DNA of 64,000 nt, taken from the IMG/VR virus record IMGVR_UViG_3300010391_000021, positions 6,119-70,118 of that record. The stretch is one strand, 5' to 3'. Each line of letters opens with the position of its first letter. The first letter of the stretch is position 1. The notes under the pieces were generated by a model. The model worked only from the letters and a program-made list of their open reading frames with translations. It ran no database searches and was not told the origin of the DNA. Below are positions 57,566 through 64,000 of the stretch, one piece after another. Origin of the DNA: a virus. The position numbers and the translations under genes are program-made.

Positions 57566-59472
57566 TAGAACATCATCTCCGATTCTTCAGGTTTTTCTTC
57601 AAACGGCGCGATCTGTGCTATTTCCTGGAACGTGCAAATCTTTCCGGCGAAGAGAAGTTTTGTAAACGACGCCCCTGGGCCTTTATCACGAAATTTTTTA
57701 ACGGCGATTTCAGTTACGGGGCTATACTCGTTTTCGCTTTCTTGCCCCGACTCCTTGCCCCCTTTGATTTCGTCTCTGTGGATACTGAATACAGTAGAGG
57801 AATCATTTTGTACAGCTTTTGCTCCATCCAAATCGGATATATGACGAGTTTTTCCTTTGTGTTGTTGATCTGCTTTACGCGCTTGGTGGACAACAATGAA
57901 TTTTAGTTCATAATTCGCGGCGATATTTGTTATTTTCTGCATCGCCGTCGCTTGTTCTTTGTAAACATCTCGCCCCGTTCCGCGACATAAAAAGTGTAGA
58001 TTGTCCAAAACAACCACATCAGGATAAAATGTCTTGATGCCCGATTCAATCAAGTCTAACACTTGGTCAATGGAAGTCAAGGACGTATCGCGGCCAATGT
58101 AGTAGTGAAAGTCGTTACCGAGCATTCGCCCCGCATTTTTATAATCCTCTTCTTCGAGGTTAAGTCTATCTTTTTTAAGGAGATGCGAGGTAAAAATCGT
58201 ATCAATTTGATGCGCGGTTAATTCTGCTTGATAGTTCAAAACGACTTGTTTACATTCGCGGGCGGCATGAATGGTCGCCTGAAAAATCCAAGAACTTTTG
58301 CCTTGCCCCGAATCTGTTGAAAACACTGTAGTTACGGTTCCTGGAAGGATAATGGCCATACTATCGACCGAGGGCCACGGGAAACGCAACCTATCCGGAT
58401 GGTCAATCAGTTTGGTGTGCTCGGCATTTAGAAGGCTGTGCTGGACGCTATAAACGCCGGGAATTGGTTTTGCTTTCGCGGCGGCAACTAAACGGTCTAC
58501 CAATTCGTTGAAGTGCCCCGCCTTTGCGTCAGGATGCCCCAGGAACGCATCATTAGCATCTTTATGCGGCGGAGGCCATTCCAGAGTATAAACGCGTGTA
58601 GCGCCTCCTGAGAGCATTTTCGCCACTTTTGCCATTGCGAGGCGTCCCGCTTCGTCTGCATCCCCTGCCAGAACCACGTATTCTGCCTGTTTTAGAGTTT
58701 CAATCATTTCGGGGGTTGGCGCGGTTGAGGCGTTCGGAAGTGAACAGGCGACAAATCCCGCCTGAACTAAAACCGCTGCATCAAATCCGCCTTCCACGAC
58801 AAAAACAGGGTTCAGTTGGTCAATCAAGTGGCATCCGAGCAAAGTCGCCGTTTTCATGTTTGGCATCTTACGGACTTCTTTGCGAAGAATTGACCGAAAC
58901 TCAATCGCCACAATTTTGTCGTCTTCGATTACGGGCAAGGAAATCCAACCCTTGTCAACGATGTCTTCGATTCCATCCCGCCCCGCAAAACTTGAAATGT
59001 CCTGCTTGTATCCGAAATGAAGTTTGCGGGCCGCGTCCATTCCAATCCCGCGTTCTTGCAGAAGCCAGTTCTGAACGAAGGTGTTTTTCTCAAGCTCGTC
59101 TTCGAGGCGCTTGTGTTCGGGCAAAGTGAATACACGCTTGGGTTCTTCTTTGACATACGGCTGGAAAACCCGCCCCGCAATTTCTTTATCCGCGACCCCG
59201 CAAAATTCTTCTACAATCTCGCAAGCGCGTTTGAAATTGCAATTGTCCATTCGCTGGATAAATTGGAAAATGTTACCGCTTGCATTACACGCACCGAAGC
59301 ACTTCCAAAGCCATACGTTTTCATGATTGTATACTGTGAACGAAGCCGTATCGTCCTTGTGTCCCGGAAGCGGGCATTTCCCGCATAGTTCCTTACCGCG
59401 CTTGTCTAATCTTGCGCGGCTGCGGTAAAGGTTCAGAACCGCAGGAACTTTTTTGAGATCGTCAGGATTCAT
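57565..59472 (-). CDS. Primase-helicase fusion (CHC2 Zn finger, TOPRIM, SF4 helicase)
   Basis: CPLPGH..CFGAC, VVEGGFDA, DAD, GQGKS and VLDNLH motifs. Confidence 0.9.
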   Translation of the reverse strand: MNPDDLKKVPAVLNLYRSRARLDKRGKELCGKCPLPGHKDDTASFTVYNHENVWLWKCFGACNASGNIFQFIQRMDNCNFKRACEIVEEFCGVADKEIAGRVFQPYVKEEPKRVFTLPEHKRLEDELEKNTFVQNWLLQERGIGMDAARKLHFGYKQDISSFAGRDGIEDIVDKGWISLPVIEDDKIVAIEFRSILRKEVRKMPNMKTATLLGCHLIDQLNPVFVVEGGFDAAVLVQAGFVACSLPNASTAPTPEMIETLKQAEYVVLAGDADEAGRLAMAKVAKMLSGGATRVYTLEWPPPHKDANDAFLGHPDAKAGHFNELVDRLVAAAKAKPIPGVYSVQHSLLNAEHTKLIDHPDRLRFPWPSVDSMAIILPGTVTTVFSTDSGQGKSSWIFQATIHAARECKQVVLNYQAELTAHQIDTIFTSHLLKKDRLNLEEEDYKNAGRMLGNDFHYYIGRDTSLTSIDQVLDLIESGIKTFYPDVVVLDNLHFLCRGTGRDVYKEQATAMQKITNIAANYELKFIVVHQARKADQQHKGKTRHISDLDGAKAVQNDSSTVFSIHRDEIKGGKESGQESENEYSPVTEIAVKKFRDKGPGASFTKLLFAGKICTFQEIAQIAPFEEKPEESEMMF

Positions 59473-59999
59473 AATTCTTCAATCCAGTCTTGTTTTATCT
59501 TTCTCTCTACCGTAACAATTGTATCATTGTGCGCGGCTCCGTGCGGAACCAAAAGAATCTCCAATAATTCGTATCCCCGCGTCAATCCAAATCCCATTGA
59601 ATTCCATCCAAAGCAAATTGCGATTCCTTCTGGTTTCAATATTTTATCTAATCCATCTTTGACTCGTTTATAAAGCCGAGAATTTTGTGTATCCTCAACT
59701 TTTACTTCAAGACCAATATTTTGATAACAACGTTTGATTTGGGTAGGAGAATACGGAGGGTCAAACAGAACAGCATCCGCATTTATTTTAATTGTCTCTA
59801 CAAAATCTTCCGCCAGCATATGGTATTCGGCGGACGTATCCGGATTGAGGTCATTTGTTATTGTTCCGCGTTTACTATTGCGGGCAAACGGATCGACGAT
59901 GGTGTCCCTACCAACAAGCCATCTATCAAGCAATTCGGCAACTGGCGGAAGTGAGAAAGTATTGGCGTTGCCCATTGCAAATTTTCGATTCCATTTCAT
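59469..59999 (-). CDS. Amino-DNA methyltransferase (N6A/N4C)
   Basis: VDPFA and FDPPYS motifs. Confidence 0.8.
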   Translation of the reverse strand: MKWNRKFAMGNANTFSLPPVAELLDRWLVGRDTIVDPFARNSKRGTITNDLNPDTSAEYHMLAEDFVETIKINADAVLFDPPYSPTQIKRCYQNIGLEVKVEDTQNSRLYKRVKDGLDKILKPEGIAICFGWNSMGFGLTRGYELLEILLVPHGAAHNDTIVTVERKIKQDWIEEL

Positions 60000-60120
60000 A
60001 ATTCAATCTTTTTGATGCAATAAAATTTTCTAAAATACAGGCAACCCGGACAATTATCAATGTGTGTTTCGTAATGTCTAGTTTTTCCGAGCCATATATC
60101 TAAAATCAACTTGAGATATT

Positions 60121-61233
60121 TCATAATTCAATCTTCGTTGCAGGATCAAATTCTTCTGGCAGCTTTGCGAGTTCTGCTTCTGCCTTATGACGTTCTGATG
60201 CTATTACGTTTTCAAGTTGCGCGGCAGTTTGCTCAGTCTGCTGCTTGCGCTTGCGCTGAGTATAAATAATCTGCTCGGCTTTCTCGCTGAAATCCTTACC
60301 AGCATACTTTACACTGTTCTCGTCCAGGTTGTCCAGAAATTCTTTGAACGCAGATTTGATGTCCGCATCTGAACAGGTTTCAAGCAGCCGCGCAATTTCA
60401 ACAGACTGTTTCTGATTGAAAGTAACCCGCCCATCGGACAAGTATGAAAGTTCGAGAATCAGGGGTTTTACATCTACAGAAGATGAGAACTTCTTATCAA
60501 AGTATTGCTCCGCAACTCTAAGGAAATCGGTCAAAGGGTATCTGATTTCGTCGCCCTGCCGTTCTTTGGCCCAAGTCTCGAAAGCATCCCTAGTTTCAGA
60601 TTGACCCTTCACTCGGGCATAGGATGCCATATCTGCCCATCCCGCATCTTGTGGAAAAATCCTCACCCCAAGAATCTCTAATGATTTGTCTGAGATGTTG
60701 TTTTTGAAACTCACGTTCGCCTCGCTTTCCTCACTGCTAATGCTAATGCTAGAGCTAACCAAACCAACAGCTAACCCTGCGGGATAAGGTCCGGAGTCTA
60801 TCCGGATATGACCGGGAGTTTCGGTATTTTCCGGAATTCCTTCTATATCTGCATTTACAAAGGATTTAAGTCTATCTTGTGGGGGGGTTTTTCCGAGCTT
60901 ATACCTTTTCTTATGCCCGTCAGACGGCAGCAAACCTTCGCTGTCAATTCCGACCCAAAAACCCCATTTCTTGCCATCCCTTGCCGTCCAACGGAACAAA
61001 AGTTTGACTCTTTCGAGTTCAGTCAGAATGGATTCGACGGCTTCCACGTCCACATCTGAACGATTGTAGGCGTAGACTTGAGACCATACGCGGTAGGCAT
61101 CACACTCAAAACTGCCATCCGCCAAAGCAAGGGGGATCATGTTGGAATACTCCGCCCGGAATTTCTCGGGAACAACCAATCTAAGTTTGTCCGACCCCCA
61201 AAGCCGCTCTCCATCAATCAATCTTTTTGGCAT
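60121..61233 (-). CDS. Putative replication initiator/organiser
   Basis: N-terminal MPKRLI..LWGSDK..DG.F HTH-like domain and a low-complexity linker; lies upstream of the primase-helicase. Confidence 0.55.
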   Translation of the reverse strand: MPKRLIDGERLWGSDKLRLVVPEKFRAEYSNMIPLALADGSFECDAYRVWSQVYAYNRSDVDVEAVESILTELERVKLLFRWTARDGKKWGFWVGIDSEGLLPSDGHKKRYKLGKTPPQDRLKSFVNADIEGIPENTETPGHIRIDSGPYPAGLAVGLVSSSISISSEESEANVSFKNNISDKSLEILGVRIFPQDAGWADMASYARVKGQSETRDAFETWAKERQGDEIRYPLTDFLRVAEQYFDKKFSSSVDVKPLILELSYLSDGRVTFNQKQSVEIARLLETCSDADIKSAFKEFLDNLDENSVKYAGKDFSEKAEQIIYTQRKRKQQTEQTAAQLENVIASERHKAEAELAKLPEEFDPATKIEL

Positions 61234-61713
61234 TCTTTCCTCAGAACATCCTATCCAAAATCCAATTCAATACCGCGTTGATGACAAAAATTGCGAGGCA
61301 AACTGCAATAATCGCCCCGCACATGATTGGCAGACTGCCCAACCATCGGGTGAGGTAGAGATTGTCATACATTGCGCGACTCCTCCTCTTGTGGGGCATC
61401 AAGGGGCTTGAGAGACTCCTGTTCAGATGCGGACAATTTCCGTTTTCCACACGCCTCGCATTTTGTTTCGCCGTATTTCGTTTTATACTGGTGACGTTTG
61501 TATTCAATTCCGCCACGCAAACACACGCTCATACTTTCTCCTTTAATTGCGGGGCGTCGCTTCTGCCAAAGTGACAACCGCAAGTACAAGAACCCACTTC
61601 TCTGATGTCCGTACATCCACAAAATTCGCAGTAATCATTTGCGCGGCCCGATGCCAGCAGGCCGTATGTAGTTTGTTCAGATGTGGACTCGTTGCTTCCG
61701 CAAGTTGGACATC

Positions 61714-62526
61714 TCATAATTCCTCTATCCACAAATCCTGTGGTTTGATCTTACCAAGTTTCTTGTCGGCATTATACATCTGAAGCAGCCCCGTAAACCC
61801 ATCAAAAGCAATGTCTATCTGTTCTCTGTTGTAGTGATACGGAATCGTACGATCTTCGCCAATCTGAAGAATGAAAATTTGCTCGGCTCGTTGCCCCGTT
61901 TCTTCTTCCTTGGCTTTGAGATACGCCGCTGTTTGGAATACATAGGTACTGTACACACTCTTGGCGGCCTTGTAATCTACCAAGGACAAAATCCCGTCTA
62001 CATATGACAAATTATCAAGGGTTCCAATGTAGTTGTGCTTGCGGCTGTAGACTCGGGACTCTGTACAAACCGATTTGATCTCGTGTGAATTGAACCACTT
62101 GACGGCCTCATCGAACCGCGCACGAACCGGAGTATCTGCCAATGGCGGGGCAAATTCTTCTGGAGGCAACTTGAAATAGTTCTCCAAAGATCGGTGGGCA
62201 AGAGTACCGACATCGGCAGCTTTCTTTTTTACATCCTTGTATTTTTCTGTTGCTTCCTTCCAAACATCTTCAAGAAATTGCGGGCCGTGAATCTGATCTG
62301 GCAACACGCGCTCACGGCAAATACTAATCGCGCAGTTGACCGCCCATCTCATTAGTGGGGCGCTTTTGTCTTTCTGATCGGTTATAGTAGTAACAGACGG
62401 CGGTTTTACTTTCTCTCCCTTGTCCGTAACTGTATAGCGATTGCGGGATTTATTGGGATCGAAAGTAATGACGACTTCGCCGTTGTACAGATGGGACGTT
62501 TCGATTGGTTTAGGGTCTTCCGTCAT
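61714..62526 (-). CDS. PD-(D/E)XK exonuclease (Cas4/lambda-exo-like)
   Basis: PSVTTI, GTLAH, GTLD, VDYK and Q.AAY motifs. Confidence 0.8.
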   Translation of the reverse strand: MTEDPKPIETSHLYNGEVVITFDPNKSRNRYTVTDKGEKVKPPSVTTITDQKDKSAPLMRWAVNCAISICRERVLPDQIHGPQFLEDVWKEATEKYKDVKKKAADVGTLAHRSLENYFKLPPEEFAPPLADTPVRARFDEAVKWFNSHEIKSVCTESRVYSRKHNYIGTLDNLSYVDGILSLVDYKAAKSVYSTYVFQTAAYLKAKEEETGQRAEQIFILQIGEDRTIPYHYNREQIDIAFDGFTGLLQMYNADKKLGKIKPQDLWIEEL

Positions 62527-63066
62527 CTCTTTTCTTTCAGGTAGAAAGTTACAATTTTCATCGCGCAATCCATTCTGTAAACTTAATAATCCCATACCAT
62601 CCGAGAAAGGAAATAGTCAGGGCGAAAGATAATTCCAAAAATTACGGGGTAGTTTATCATTGCGCGGCTCCTTATAGTCAGCAACTTTACGTAGTCACTT
62701 TTTCAAAATGAACTTTCAAACTCTTTAAGAATAGGTATCCATCCTACTTTAATTTCCCAAGACTCGACCAAGCCAGCGATCCCACCACGCAGCAAGATTA
62801 GCAAGCAAAGGCACGAGGAAGATAAGCCCCGCTGCAACAAATACAATAACCCCAAAAGTTTTTATTCCGACATTTTTTTCATTCATAAAGACTCCTACTT
62901 TACAAAAAATTTATCTTCAATTGCTTCCGCCAGCGCTTCGGCATCGGGTGATGCATCAATCCAAGTTCCATAGTGATCTCCTTGAACAATTTTATGTTCG
63001 CGAACGAAGGATGATATTCTGGCAACAAGTTCATTATAATCTTTTTCATTCATATAGTTGATACCT

Positions 63067-63483
63067 TTAGAAAGGAATATCCGAATCAATTTTTTCTTGT
63101 GTGCGTGCAGCTTGCGGGACGGGTTGTTCAGATGCGGACGATTCCTGCCGCGCATCTAAAAGAACCAACTCATTCCCCACAATAGTGGTCATGTACTTCT
63201 TCTGGCCCGTTGTCTTGTCATCCCAGGATTCGGTTTGGAGGCGGCCTTCAATATAGACCTTGGACCCCTTACGGAGATATTCACTCGCTATCTCAGCCAA
63301 CTTGCTCCAAAGGACAATATTGTGCCACTCAGTTTTCTCATTCCATTGGCCGTCTTTTCCCTTGAACTTTTCAGTAGTTGCGAGGGAGAACTTAGCTAAT
63401 GGCGTTCCTTGTGGAGTGTATTTTGTTTCAACATCTCGACCAAGGTTGCCGATAAGAATTACTTTGTTAATTGATTTGGACAT
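63067..63483 (-). CDS. ssb: Single-stranded DNA-binding protein
   Basis: NKVILIGNLG, TEWH, KGSKVYIEGRL and C-terminal DIPF. Confidence 0.96.
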   Translation of the reverse strand: MSKSINKVILIGNLGRDVETKYTPQGTPLAKFSLATTEKFKGKDGQWNEKTEWHNIVLWSKLAEIASEYLRKGSKVYIEGRLQTESWDDKTTGQKKYMTTIVGNELVLLDARQESSASEQPVPQAARTQEKIDSDIPF

Positions 63484-63591
63484 TTATTTCTTTTCTCCTA
63501 GTTCCAAAACTGGTTCTACTACAATTTCTGTCACATCATCGGCTTCTTCCGCCGTCTGGGCGCCTCGGTTCCTGTGATCCTGAATGAGCCG

Positions 63592-63990
63592 TCATTTACC
63601 AAACTCCGTTTCAGTCTGAATTATAAACATTGAATCAAATGCGCGGCAAACATCAATGATTGGAAGTTTTTTGTCTCTTGCTATTTCAGATATTGCGCGG
63701 CTGTATACCAAGATCAGGAATTTTCCATCAGTATCTTGGAAGTATTTGCGAACATCGCCGCAAAATAATAGATTTTCCGAGTAAAGCAACGGCGTCCCGA
63801 GGGGCCGGAACTGAACTACCGTCCAAGTTTTGGTATCCGTTGGGTGGACGATAAAAGGAGCGACAACCAACGTGCCGAAGTTGAACTGCTTTGGATTTAC
63901 GTATCCAGCAGGGGCGATAGTTGGCTCATACCGATGTTGAACCGCGCCCCGCAAATAGGGAGCGAAAACCGCAAAGAACAGAAGCCACAA
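63592..63990 (-). CDS. Hypothetical exported/membrane protein, probably 5' truncated
   Basis: Hydrophobic N-terminus at the window edge. Confidence 0.45.
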   Translation of the reverse strand: MWLLFFAVFAPYLRGAVQHRYEPTIAPAGYVNPKQFNFGTLVVAPFIVHPTDTKTWTVVQFRPLGTPLLYSENLLFCGDVRKYFQDTDGKFLILVYSRAISEIARDKKLPIIDVCRAFDSMFIIQTETEFGK

Positions 63991-64000
63991 GACAATCGTA

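Noticed and set aside
61714-62526. Cas4 as part of a CRISPR system
   Set aside because: It is a stand-alone phage exonuclease beside SSB, with no other cas genes
1-64000. Genome-wide TAG recoding
   Set aside because: Long genes are open under the standard code and several end in TAG directly before the next gene; only one internal TAG was seen
1-64000. CRISPR array, tRNA, rRNA, integrase, DNA polymerase, reverse transcriptase/DGR
   Set aside because: No repeat-spacer units, cloverleafs or diagnostic motifs were seen by eye; short tRNAs could be missed without tRNAscan

Overview
This window is most of a tailed dsDNA phage genome with a podovirus-like layout; the SSB and RecA sequence style suggests an Acidobacteriota host (inference). 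The + strand arm (1-45650) carries a sugar-modification cluster, terminase, portal, scaffold, major capsid, head-tail and tail proteins and ejection proteins. The - strand arm (45741-64000) carries nucleotide metabolism, RecA, lysis, clamp, primase-helicase, methylase, exonuclease and SSB genes. The main result is the major capsid gene, which can be rebuilt by hand as 4 exons split by 3 group I introns. Introns 1 and 2 encode LAGLIDADG nucleases, appear to end in A instead of the near-universal omega-G, and contain sigma70 promoters built into the ribozyme core. Intron 3 carries in its P1 loop a synonymously diverged copy of the last exon, so spliced and unspliced mRNA both encode a complete capsid C-terminus. 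Other observations: a strongly over-represented, strand-polarised octamer (CCGCGCAA), a class II RNR broken by a deletion and a 423-bp foreign insert, structured RNA leaders, and two single-lesion structural genes. All calls come from reading motifs by eye; no database searches were run.
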